32,000 nt of DNA from Okeania sp. (GCF_035285525.1 NZ_JAYKGW010000067.1:2610-34609); one strand, 5' to 3'; positions 7,894 through 16,606 are shown, numbered from the stretch's first letter. Notes: a model not told the origin generated them from the letters alone. Numbers and translations are program-made.

Positions 7894-10860
7894 TCAATTA
7901 TCTATAACTTTGAGAATTTGATTTAATGAATCTAAATTAACTAAAATATCCTCCACTAAAGAACTTTCATACATTATATTTCTCATCGGATAACAACTAA
8001 ATGTTTCACCAATTAAAAAGTAATGATCCAATCCTAATAATTGACTAATATGCCAATAATAGTATCTGAGATAGTGGGGTGAAAAAAGTTCAATTACTTT
8101 TGTCCCTGGATTACAGAATACTATATTTGTTAAACCACTTCCATGAGGAGCAACTATAATTTTCGCATGAGCAAAAGTAGCAATCTGATTTTCTAGGGAC
8201 ATTGACTCTGGAGCCACACAAGTAAAACCAAACTCTTCTAATATTTTTACCACCCCTTCTTCATTCATTATGCGCCGATACTTAGCATTACCTCTACCTA
8301 TATATATTCTTTCCGAAAAATTTGATTGGTTATTAGTTATACTTTTCCCAAAAACTTCCCTCAAGAATTTTAACCCCCAAGGTTGTAACCATCCCAAATA
8401 ACTAGGATAAGAGGGAACGACCAACTCTTCTGCTTGAATATAAGAATAGCGATCGCTTTCTAAAATCTTCTCTTCTTTGATGCCAAGACTTTTTAAAGTT
8501 TCCCGTTGAAAAGGATGTTTATAACTATTAACTACAAACCAATCAATCTCTTCTAGATTAATACCCAGGCGCAATATTTCTATTCTCGGTAATAAGTCTA
8601 CCATCCAATGAAAATAGATACTTCCTGACAATACCGATAATATTGCCACCTTACCATCTATTTTTTCTAGGGGTGGTAGTTCCTCATAGTCAAAAATGTG
8701 ATATTGACTGGGGTCATGCTTTGTACATCCTGGTAATGGAGATGGATATTCCCTAGACAAATCTGCCAATAGATAATTATCTGGAGTCATAACCGCAATA
8801 CCATGACATAATCTCCAGTAATTTTTTTTGGGCATTATCCAAGCTCTTCCGGACTGTACTATAGCTATGAAGGTAGGATTCTGAGAAAGTTTCTGAAAGT
8901 AAGAAAATCCTGATATATCATCTTTTGCATCTTTTGTCAAGACTTCTTTAGTCCTCCCCTTCCCAAGAAGGTTCAAAGATTCAGTCTCCCCCTTCCCATC
9001 AGTCCCCCCCTTCCCATCAGTCCCCCCCTTCCCAAGGGGGGTGAGGGGGGATAAAATATCTTCCCCAAACTTATCCCGAATACCAATACGATATATCCCT
9101 TGAGCAAAAGATTCAGGTTCAAACCACTGATAAATTTGCCTTAAACATTCAAAACAATTTAATCCTAGACATTCTAAATTTTTCTGCCTATCTTCAACAT
9201 CCACTTGAATAGGAGACTTAGAAACTTCTTCTATATATTCCGTCGGTAAATTTTCTAATTTTACCTCTATAAATCGTCCTTGATAACTCTCACCATCAAA
9301 TTTCTTAATCCAATCTTTTGTAGATAAATATAACCCCTCCAACTTTTGATAAGTTTGAAAACCATTATTTAAAATACTTGGAGCTAACTGTACTTTTGCA
9401 GATAATACCTTACCAAAATAATCTATTGCTTCTTCCCATTTCCGTTGTTTTTCCAGAATTTTACCCAACTTAAAATAAACCCTTGCCGTCTCATCAACCA
9501 TATTTTCACTAAGTAAAATTTGCAAAAGAATGTGATAATTAATAATCGCCGAATTTAACCGCCCTTCCTTAACCAAACTATTCCCTAACAACCAATAAAC
9601 CTCAGATGAACTTGGTTTAATTTGTAACGCCCTTTGATAAAAATCACTTGCACCTTCATAAAACTCATTTTCCATCAAAACATTGCCAAAATTAACATAA
9701 TATTCCCACAAAAATTGACCAACTTTTTCAGATTGTTGCTGATAACTTTCAGAATCACAATCTAACTTTTCCAACTCTTGAAAAAAATTAAAACGAGCTA
9801 CTTTTGTCAAATACATTTCATCAGATACTACCTGCTTCCCATCTCCTAAACTTTCCTCCAATATCCGACAATAACCCTCAACAAATTGATGAGTCACTAC
9901 ATTTTTTAAATAAACCAAAGCAGATTTTATTTTTCCTATCGCCATCAAAGAAAAAGTACAATCACCATAAACCAATACATTATCCTGTTCCGCATCTTTT
10001 TCCCCCTTCAGTCTAATAACTTCCTCAAAAGATTTTACCGCTAATTCATGCTCCCCAATAATTTGTAATGCTTTACCCAAATTATAATGAGCCTTAATCA
10101 GATTAGGTTCCAACTCTATAGCACGGTGATAAACAGCGATCGCCTCCATCGGATTTTTATTTAATAAAGTAAAACCAAAATTATTATATAAACTGCCTGA
10201 ATCAGGTTTTAAAACTAAAGCCTGTCGATAAACTTCAGTAGCTTTTTCTGTTAGATTCAGATTCAGTAAAACCGCACCTAAACGATTATATGCCTCTAAC
10301 AACTTTGGCTTTATTTTTATTAGCTTCTCATAAACATCAACTGCGGCTTGATAATTTTTTTGCAACTCTAAAGCTTTACCTAAACCAAAATAAGCTTTGA
10401 CATAATTTGGTTTAATAATAATTGCATCTTTATATAATTTTACTGCTGATTCTAAATACCTAACTTGATAAAATATATTACCTAAATTATAATATACTGT
10501 CGGCCACTTCAGTCCTAAATCAATCGCTTTTTGATATTGACTAGCTGCTTCATTCAACCATTTTTTCCGCCTATATAACTGACCTAAAAAAGCATGAACC
10601 TCTGCATATTTTGGTTTAATTTCCAGAGCTTTTGCATAAGCATACATAGCTTGCTCAAAATTATTTTCTGCATCGTAACTTTCCCCTAATATTCTGTAAG
10701 CATCAGCAGAGTTTGGTTGTACTTCTAAAATTTCTTGGCAGGTTTTTATTGCTTGACTTAATTGACCTTCAGTCAAGTATGATTTTGCTAATCTAAGATG
10801 TTTTTCTATTTTCATCTTTGATACTATTTGTAACAGTATTTTTTTATCTTGGCGCATCAA
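7894..10860 (-). CDS. TPR-repeat protein fused to a C-terminal DUF563 / GT61-family glycosyltransferase domain (988 aa)
   Basis: TPR units cover aa ~20-290 and ~380-480. The C-terminus carries the DUF563/GT61-type signature RRIMNEEGVVKILEEFGFTCVAPESMSLENQIATFAHAKIIVAPHGSGLTNIVFCNPGTKVIELF. The start could also be an internal Met (MKIEKH). Confidence 0.8.
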   Translation of the reverse strand: MMRQDKKILLQIVSKMKIEKHLRLAKSYLTEGQLSQAIKTCQEILEVQPNSADAYRILGESYDAENNFEQAMYAYAKALEIKPKYAEVHAFLGQLYRRKKWLNEAASQYQKAIDLGLKWPTVYYNLGNIFYQVRYLESAVKLYKDAIIIKPNYVKAYFGLGKALELQKNYQAAVDVYEKLIKIKPKLLEAYNRLGAVLLNLNLTEKATEVYRQALVLKPDSGSLYNNFGFTLLNKNPMEAIAVYHRAIELEPNLIKAHYNLGKALQIIGEHELAVKSFEEVIRLKGEKDAEQDNVLVYGDCTFSLMAIGKIKSALVYLKNVVTHQFVEGYCRILEESLGDGKQVVSDEMYLTKVARFNFFQELEKLDCDSESYQQQSEKVGQFLWEYYVNFGNVLMENEFYEGASDFYQRALQIKPSSSEVYWLLGNSLVKEGRLNSAIINYHILLQILLSENMVDETARVYFKLGKILEKQRKWEEAIDYFGKVLSAKVQLAPSILNNGFQTYQKLEGLYLSTKDWIKKFDGESYQGRFIEVKLENLPTEYIEEVSKSPIQVDVEDRQKNLECLGLNCFECLRQIYQWFEPESFAQGIYRIGIRDKFGEDILSPLTPLGKGGTDGKGGTDGKGETESLNLLGKGRTKEVLTKDAKDDISGFSYFQKLSQNPTFIAIVQSGRAWIMPKKNYWRLCHGIAVMTPDNYLLADLSREYPSPLPGCTKHDPSQYHIFDYEELPPLEKIDGKVAILSVLSGSIYFHWMVDLLPRIEILRLGINLEEIDWFVVNSYKHPFQRETLKSLGIKEEKILESDRYSYIQAEELVVPSYPSYLGWLQPWGLKFLREVFGKSITNNQSNFSERIYIGRGNAKYRRIMNEEGVVKILEEFGFTCVAPESMSLENQIATFAHAKIIVAPHGSGLTNIVFCNPGTKVIELFSPHYLRYYYWHISQLLGLDHYFLIGETFSCYPMRNIMYESSLVEDILVNLDSLNQILKVIDN
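8951..9050. repeat. GC-rich intragenic repeat: an 18-bp unit (CAGTCCCCCCCTTCCCAT) about 2.9 times plus an imperfect palindromic tail
   Basis: Units at 8982-8999, 9000-9017 and 9018-9034, then AGGGGGGTGAGGGGGG to 9050. A related CCCCTTCCCAAG lies at 8955-8966. In frame on the minus strand it encodes PLGKGGTDGKGGTDGKGETES. The surrounding gene is strongly AT-rich. Confidence 0.8.
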
Positions 10861-11050
10861 GACTAAAACTGTGGTTTAGAAGCAAGCAACCTAGAATACC
10901 TCTCCCCCAACCCCTCTCCTCCCAGGATATCGGAGTTTTCTCGGGGGTTAGGTTTTGGCTCCCCACATTTTCAAACTTGATGCGCCACTACACTTATTGC
11001 TAAACTCTAAATTCTAAATTTGTAGTCTCCAGTTATCAACTGTATTTACC

Positions 11051-11083
11051 CAAATAAAATTCCCTCCTAAAGTGTAGGAGGGA
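11051..11083 (-). terminator. Candidate Rho-independent terminator of the RTX gene
   Basis: On the minus strand, CCCTCCT (loop ACACTTT) AGGAGGG forms a 7-bp G/C-rich stem (11062-11082), followed by AATTTTATTT. It lies about 66 nt downstream of the stop at 11149. Confidence 0.45.
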
Positions 11084-11148
11084 GTCAATATCTTCATATT
11101 TGGGCTATACCCATACTTCAAACCAGGTTTACTAACTAATAACTAGGG

Positions 11149-12060
11149 TTAGAAGATTTCAAAGTCACTAGCAGCTAATGTTTCAGGAGTATTAGTTAAT
11201 TCAGCAATCTTCACAGCATCCCCAGCACCAGTTGTTGGGTTGTAGTATATGGAACCATCAGTTGGGTCATAAACGATGGCTTGTGAAGCTGCATCGCCTC
11301 CATTAGCAGCAAAGTCTGAAATAACTGCAAACTGATCTGCTGATAGTGCATCACCTACAGTTCCAGTTATCGCAGTAAATGTACCACCCGCTGGAGCACT
11401 AACAGCTAGACCTATCTTATCATTACCAACACCAAAGTCCGTTAAGGTGTCAACTCCATAACTACCATCCTCATTGAAGTAGAAGAAGAAAGTATCGTCC
11501 CCAGAGCCACCTGTTAAAGTGTCATTACCTCTGGAACCAGAAACTAAGTCGTTGCCGGAGCCACCTATTAGACTATCATTACCTTTACCACCATCAACGG
11601 TATCATCACCGGAACCACCATCAACGGTATCATTATCCCGATTACCATTTTGGTCATCGTTATTATTTCCACCAACTAATAGGTCATTACCTCTACCACC
11701 CAGGATAAAGTCGTCTCCATCGCCACCATCTACAGTGTCATCACCTTTACCACCATCAACGTCATCGTCTCCTGTACCTGCCTTGACGTTGTCATTTCCT
11801 CTACCACCTAAAACTACGTCATCACCACCACCAGCATCAACTACGTCATCACCACCACCAGCATCGACGTCGTCATTTCCTGTACCTGTTGCTATTGTGT
11901 CATTACCACTACCAGTTTTTACGTTGTCAGTACCAGTTGATCCTGCAATACGTTGGCTAGTATTATCGGCAGCTAATTCAAATGTGATTCCTCCATCAGG
12001 ATTGGGCACGCCCGCATTAGTTTCGGTTCCTGGTGCAACTACCGTTGTTATGTTACTCAC
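11149..12060 (-). CDS. RTX / hemolysin-type calcium-binding repeat protein (303 aa)
   Basis: Long run of GGXGXD nonapeptides (GTGNDDVDAGGGDDVVDAGGGDDVVLGGRGNDNVKAGTGDDDVDGGKGDDTVDGGDGDD...). Non-repeat C-terminal ~110 aa ends in DFEIF. G+C is higher than in the neighbours. The Pro/Ser-rich ORF on the opposite strand is a shadow of the repeats. Confidence 0.85.
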   Translation of the reverse strand: MSNITTVVAPGTETNAGVPNPDGGITFELAADNTSQRIAGSTGTDNVKTGSGNDTIATGTGNDDVDAGGGDDVVDAGGGDDVVLGGRGNDNVKAGTGDDDVDGGKGDDTVDGGDGDDFILGGRGNDLLVGGNNNDDQNGNRDNDTVDGGSGDDTVDGGKGNDSLIGGSGNDLVSGSRGNDTLTGGSGDDTFFFYFNEDGSYGVDTLTDFGVGNDKIGLAVSAPAGGTFTAITGTVGDALSADQFAVISDFAANGGDAASQAIVYDPTDGSIYYNPTTGAGDAVKIAELTNTPETLAASDFEIF

Positions 12061-12991
12061 TTGATTTACCTCGTTTTCTAGAATTTACTATTGTTAATTT
12101 ATATTAGACTTGCTCAGAGAGCAAATTTTTAGATTCTGTATAGATGACCTTTTTTGTTCACTTAATATCTATAGTTTATAGGCAAAACTTAACCCTTGCT
12201 CACTTAGACATTACGGTGATAATTATTGTTCCCCTTTGTTGGAGACTTATTCTGATTAGATAATTATTTTTTGAGATATGTATGACAGTAAATTTTCTGC
12301 TACAAGGGATACATTTTTTAGATACTTCTAATTAATGAACTATTTAGCCGTATTAATTGTCATAATAATCTTGAGTCCAAAACTATAGGGGAGTAATTTT
12401 TAGTATTAGTCTATCTACTAAAACTATATAACAACTTGTTCAAAGACTAGATATTAGTATAGTGCATTACATAAAATCAACTTTTTTAATTAATATTTAA
12501 TTGCACTATGCCAAAATTATCAGGTTTTTAATTGAGTTGTTAACTGTTTTTGTACTTATACAAAAGTAAAGCATATTTGACTAGATTTTTAAAACTATCG
12601 TCAAGTTTATTTTTTTTGCACCACTTCATCCAAGTAAATTGGTATTTTATAAACTTTCAAAGGGTTTTAACAGTCTTTTTTGAACAATAAATTCAATCAC
12701 TTCACAGTCTAGCACAGTTTTATTAATTGTCAATTACCAAATTTACAAATTGATCTAATATTTTTTGGGGAACAAATCTTTAATTTACTCTGTCTTCTTT
12801 CTGTTATATAAATATTTCTTAAATCTATATTAATTAGAATTAACTTTAGTATTTATTATGCTTATAGTAATTCCCACTCTTATATTGCCATAGCTCTAAA
12901 ATGATGGTGCTATAACTCTTTTAAATAATGACTTTCAACTCCTAAAGACCTCTTTGGAAAATTAAGCATGAAAAAAATTTTGAAAATAGAC

Positions 12992-13021
12992 TTGCCATAA
13001 TTACAAAACATCTGTTATGAT
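12992..13021 (+). promoter_or_regulatory. Possible sigma70-type promoter for tRNA-Ser
   Basis: TTGCCA (12992-12997), an 18-nt spacer, then TATGAT (13016-13021), which ends 17 nt before the mature tRNA 5' end. Motif match only. Confidence 0.25.
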
Positions 13022-13038
13022 AAATATCTGTTACCCAA

Positions 13039-13128
13039 GGAGAGGTGGCTGAGTGGTCGAAAGCGGCTCACTGCTAATGAGTTGTACGGGAGAACCCCGT
13101 ACCGAGGGTTCGAATCCCTCCCTCTCCG
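13039..13128 (+). tRNA. trnS-GCU: tRNA-Ser (anticodon GCU), class II with long variable arm; no encoded CCA
   Basis: Acceptor GGAGAGG/CCTCTCC. Anticodon stem GCTCA/TGAGT with loop CTGCTAA (anticodon GCT). Variable arm GTACGGG-AGAA-CCCGTAC. T arm GAGGG-TTCGAAT-CCCTC. Confidence 0.92.
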
Positions 13129-13198
13129 TTATTTTCAGTTTTCAGTTATCAGCAGAAACTTGATATACTGAACTTATTTTTTATTCTCCTCAAACGAC

Positions 13199-13405
13199 GT
13201 AGGTTAGGTTGAGGAACGAAACCCAACCATATAATATAATATTAATTAAGACTTAAAAAAATGTAGGTTGGGTTGAGGAACGAAACCCAACTATATAATA
13301 TTAAGGCTTGAAAAAATGTAGATTAGGTTGAGGGACGAAACCCAACAATAACAATATTAATTAAGGCTTTGTTAGGTTGAACGATAGTGAAACCTAACCT
13401 ACATC
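13199..13405. repeat. Array of 3-4 hairpin-bearing ~55-64 bp repeats immediately 3' of tRNA-Ser
   Basis: GTAGGTTRGGTTGAGGAACGAAACCCAAC (stem GTTGGGTT/AACCCAAC) begins at 13199, 13263 and 13318. A diverged fourth hairpin, GTTAGGTTGAACGATAGTGAAACCTAACCTAC, ends at 13405. Related hairpins occur at 25129-25169. Confidence 0.8.
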
Positions 13406-13546
13406 ATTTCGCCGTGTCAGTCTAAATATAATCACCCCATCTCCTTAAAAAGAATTTAAGTCCTAATTTTATAGATAAATTTGCCCCCCAATGATATAAC
13501 CTACTATTTTAGGTGTGCCAATTAACTTGGCATCTTCATTTTTGGC

Positions 13547-14461
13547 TCACATTTTTTTGATTGCCTCTACAAACTTTTGGGAAATATAGGGTAGTATTTT
13601 CTCATTTCTACTAATCTCCTTGCCTTCTGTAAATAGAACTAAGAGATATGGGTAAAGGTCTGGTAGCTCTACATAAGAAAAACTATGACGTATGTAAGTA
13701 CCTATAGTTCCCATAGACCATACATTAGTATTTTCAGGAAAGCTCTCATTCAAGAAACCTGTAGTTACATCTTTTCCATCTCTTTGGCTAGGACTTCTTT
13801 TGAATAAACTCATCATTTTTTCTGAAGCTAGGGGAGATACCGCAATCCCACCAATAATACTATGTAATAAACGAGCTGTAGCATTAGTTGTGAGCATATT
13901 CCGATTCTCCATCAATAGTCCTTGAAAAATCTGTTCTCGACCATAAGGACCATCAAGCCATGTTTTTTGATTAACGTTAATAGACTTGAACTCAGGCCAT
14001 TTGAGAGATTGAAAATAACGGTTGACAAAATTACGTTGATATTTCCAAGTTTGAAAAGGTCCCAGTGATAATTCTGGTCCACTGGTAGTTCCGGTCAATA
14101 CATCCACAACTAGACCAGTCGCATCGTGATTCACAGAAAGGATCATATCTTGAATTGCTCTTTCTAGCTCTGGTGAAGTTTTGACCATTCCTTTTTCTAG
14201 CCACTCATAAATAGCTACTAAATAGAATAAGTGGACTATCTTTCCCGGATATATTCGTTCATCACCATGCTCGCTCCAACCCCGAACTTGTGTTTGCCAA
14301 AATTCTGTGGCATTTTGAATATTTCTGGTTATTGGTGAATCATATACTAACCAAGTTATAGCTATTTGTTCAGAATTAACTTCTGAAAATTCTAACTTGG
14401 TTGTTTCTATAATCTCTTTAGCGATGATATTTAGTTGTTCATCTTTATCAAAGAATGTCAT
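13547..14461 (-). CDS. Hypothetical protein, probably class-A beta-lactamase-fold (serine hydrolase-like) family
   Basis: 304-aa ORF. The SVNHDATG segment resembles the SxN loop, and NMLTTNATARLLHSIIGG resembles the conserved helix of class-A-like serine hydrolases. No clear SxxK is seen where expected (YPGKIVHLFYL). The family call comes from recalled motifs only. Confidence 0.5.
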   Translation of the reverse strand: MTFFDKDEQLNIIAKEIIETTKLEFSEVNSEQIAITWLVYDSPITRNIQNATEFWQTQVRGWSEHGDERIYPGKIVHLFYLVAIYEWLEKGMVKTSPELERAIQDMILSVNHDATGLVVDVLTGTTSGPELSLGPFQTWKYQRNFVNRYFQSLKWPEFKSINVNQKTWLDGPYGREQIFQGLLMENRNMLTTNATARLLHSIIGGIAVSPLASEKMMSLFKRSPSQRDGKDVTTGFLNESFPENTNVWSMGTIGTYIRHSFSYVELPDLYPYLLVLFTEGKEISRNEKILPYISQKFVEAIKKM

Positions 14462-14706
14462 TTCAGTTATCAGTATCTCTTGTAATTAGGAAAGTGAGAA
14501 AATCAATACTTTTATCTCTGTTAAGTTAGCGTTAAAAATTTGTTTACTTTATTACTATTAAACCGTAATGTAATATTAATAAGCTGTTAAGCATTTAAAC
14601 CACATTAACAGAATTACCTTTATTTTTAACTTTGGGATTTCATTGAATAACAATTTTTCCTTCATTTCAGAGTATATGTAACCAAAACTCTAACTGTTCA
14701 ATTGAT

Positions 14707-14820
14707 TTAAAAAAAACGATGAGCAATATATTCTTTAGCTGAATGCCAAACCAGTTCAATTAAGCTTTAATCTGGACTATATTCAAGCAAAAACTCTAAA
14801 TCAATGTTCGGCATTTCTGT
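14707..14820 (-). pseudogene. Relic of the C-terminus of an IS630/Tc1-mariner-type transposase
   Basis: The minus-strand translation is TEMPNIDLEFLLEYSPD*SLIELVWHSAKEYIAHRFF*. It matches the conserved YSPDLNxIExxW block of IS630-family transposases, with an in-frame TAA where Leu (TTA) is expected. No upstream transposase body remains. Confidence 0.5.
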
Positions 14821-15280
14821 TTATTTTTTTAATCCTACTATACTGACACAGCTAATTTAGTATGTTAAATTCGGGGGTTGGTTTATTCTATCTAATAGTT
14901 AAACTCGTTAATTTAAAGTCCTGGGGACGAATGGCCGTTTGCTCCTACAGAAGTCAGAATGAATGGCTTTAATACAGCCCTTTCCGTTGTTATAAGGTAC
15001 AAAATTTTAGGTTTGAGGGAACAGGGAACACAGAAGGTGGGAACAGAAAAGAAAAAAAGTAACAATACCTCATAGCTTCGGAAACTGCTGTATAATTAAA
15101 AACTTTTTCTTTTCGATTCCGCACTACTAACTGGATAAATATTTTTCCTTATTGTCTATCTTACTGGTCATCTTGCCCTAATCTCTAATCCCTACTTTCT
15201 CGTAAATTAGCAAATTTTTACAATTTGTTACAAAATAATAAGAATAATAGAAATTAAGATTGATCAGGGTAACTTAAATT

Positions 15281-16525
15281 GTGAAAATATTCAGAACACT
15301 TGAACCTCAGCAACAGCGGAGTTTAATAATTTTATTCTTGGCTGGCTTATTATTTTGGTCAAGTATAACCACTTTACTACCTATTTTGCCTCTTTACCTA
15401 GATTACATCGGAGGTACAAAACAACAAATCGGTTTTGTGATGGGTTGCTTTGCTGTGGGACTATTACTATCAAGGTTGATTTTAGGACCATTAGCTGACA
15501 CCAAGAGTCGAAAGTTGGTCTTGATAGTTGGTACAACTGTAGCAGCGATCGCTCCACTTGGCTATTTACTGCTCAAGTCTTTTCCTTTATTAATGGCAGT
15601 TCGTGCTTTTCATGGTATCAGTATGGCTGGAATGACCATTGGTTATATTGCTTTAGTAACTGACTTATCTCCTCCTGGTCACCGAGGAGAATTAGTTGGT
15701 TATATGAGTTTATGTAATCCAATAGGTATGGCTATTGGACCCGCGATCGGTGGTTTTTTATTAGAAGCTACTGGGTATGTGACTTTATTTATAGTTTGCT
15801 CTACTTTAGGAATTATGAGCTTATTGTGTAGTTTGCTAGTTTGGGAGCCACATTCAATAGTAGAAAAAAATTCTCACTCCCATCAGTTTAAGCAACAAAA
15901 TTTCTGGCAAATATTGGGGAGTCGTAGAGTTTTGGTTCCCGCTTTTGTGATGTTGATCATAGGCTTAGTCTTTGGTACAACTGTTACTTTTCTACCACTG
16001 TATATCCAGACAAATAACATTCCTTTGAATGCTGGACTTTTTTATACTGCAAGAGCGATCGCTAGTTTTATCATGCGTATTTTTACTGGACGAGCTTCTG
16101 ATAAATTTGGTCGTGGCGTTTTTATTAGCGGGGGACTGGTATTTAGCTTCTTGGGTATGTTAACTTTATGGTTAGCAAATAGTAGCAATATGGTTTTACT
16201 AGCAGCTATTTTTGGTGGTTCTTCTGCTGGTTTAGTTTTACCAATGATGATTACTTTAATGACTGACCGATGTCCTCCAGATCAAAGAGGTAAGTTTTTC
16301 TCTTTTTGTATTGGTGGGTTTGATTTAGGATTAGCTTTAGCTGGACCTACTTTCGGTCTTATTGCCGAACAACTTGGTTATAGAGGTATGTTTGCTCTTG
16401 ATGCTGGCCTTGCTTGTATAGCAATAGTTGTATTTATTACTTTATCAAATAAAGACTTACCCCATTCCATCAGATTTGCTTTTGGTCAGGGGCAAGATAA
16501 TTATTCTGTTTCTGTTAATCACTAA
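15281..16525 (+). CDS. MFS (major facilitator superfamily) transporter, about 12 TM
   Basis: GTG start. About 12 hydrophobic segments. MFS loop motifs GPLADTKSRKLVL (TM2-3) and GRASDKFGRG (TM8-9). Confidence 0.85.
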   Translation: MKIFRTLEPQQQRSLIILFLAGLLFWSSITTLLPILPLYLDYIGGTKQQIGFVMGCFAVGLLLSRLILGPLADTKSRKLVLIVGTTVAAIAPLGYLLLKSFPLLMAVRAFHGISMAGMTIGYIALVTDLSPPGHRGELVGYMSLCNPIGMAIGPAIGGFLLEATGYVTLFIVCSTLGIMSLLCSLLVWEPHSIVEKNSHSHQFKQQNFWQILGSRRVLVPAFVMLIIGLVFGTTVTFLPLYIQTNNIPLNAGLFYTARAIASFIMRIFTGRASDKFGRGVFISGGLVFSFLGMLTLWLANSSNMVLLAAIFGGSSAGLVLPMMITLMTDRCPPDQRGKFFSFCIGGFDLGLALAGPTFGLIAEQLGYRGMFALDAGLACIAIVVFITLSNKDLPHSIRFAFGQGQDNYSVSVNH

Positions 16526-16606
16526 AATAGGCAATCACCACTAAACATTTATCAAGAAAATTTAAACTTATTGTAATAAATGCTAAAAGCTAATTCCTAT
16601 TTAAAA

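Noticed and set aside
9804-11003. ORFs 9804-10016 (plus) and 10818-11003 (plus)
   Set aside because: The first is antisense within the TPR-GT61 CDS. The second overlaps its start and runs through a GC-rich dispersed-repeat fragment. Neither has a motif.
11519-12064. 181-aa Pro/Ser-rich ORF on the plus strand
   Set aside because: It is entirely antisense to the RTX CDS. Its low-complexity composition is the mirror image of the GGXGXD (GGN GAY) repeats. It is a shadow ORF, not a gene.
13039-14461. tRNA-Ser as the attachment site of an integrated island or prophage
   Set aside because: I found no integrase gene, no direct repeat of the tRNA 3' end elsewhere in the window, and no phage-like genes. 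The neighbouring genes look like ordinary chromosomal genes.
14860-15280. Possible riboswitch or structured leader upstream of the MFS transporter
   Set aside because: The sequence contains heptamer (GGGAACA) repeats and fragments of dispersed repeats. It does not match any riboswitch consensus I can recall, including the guanidine/ykkC types.
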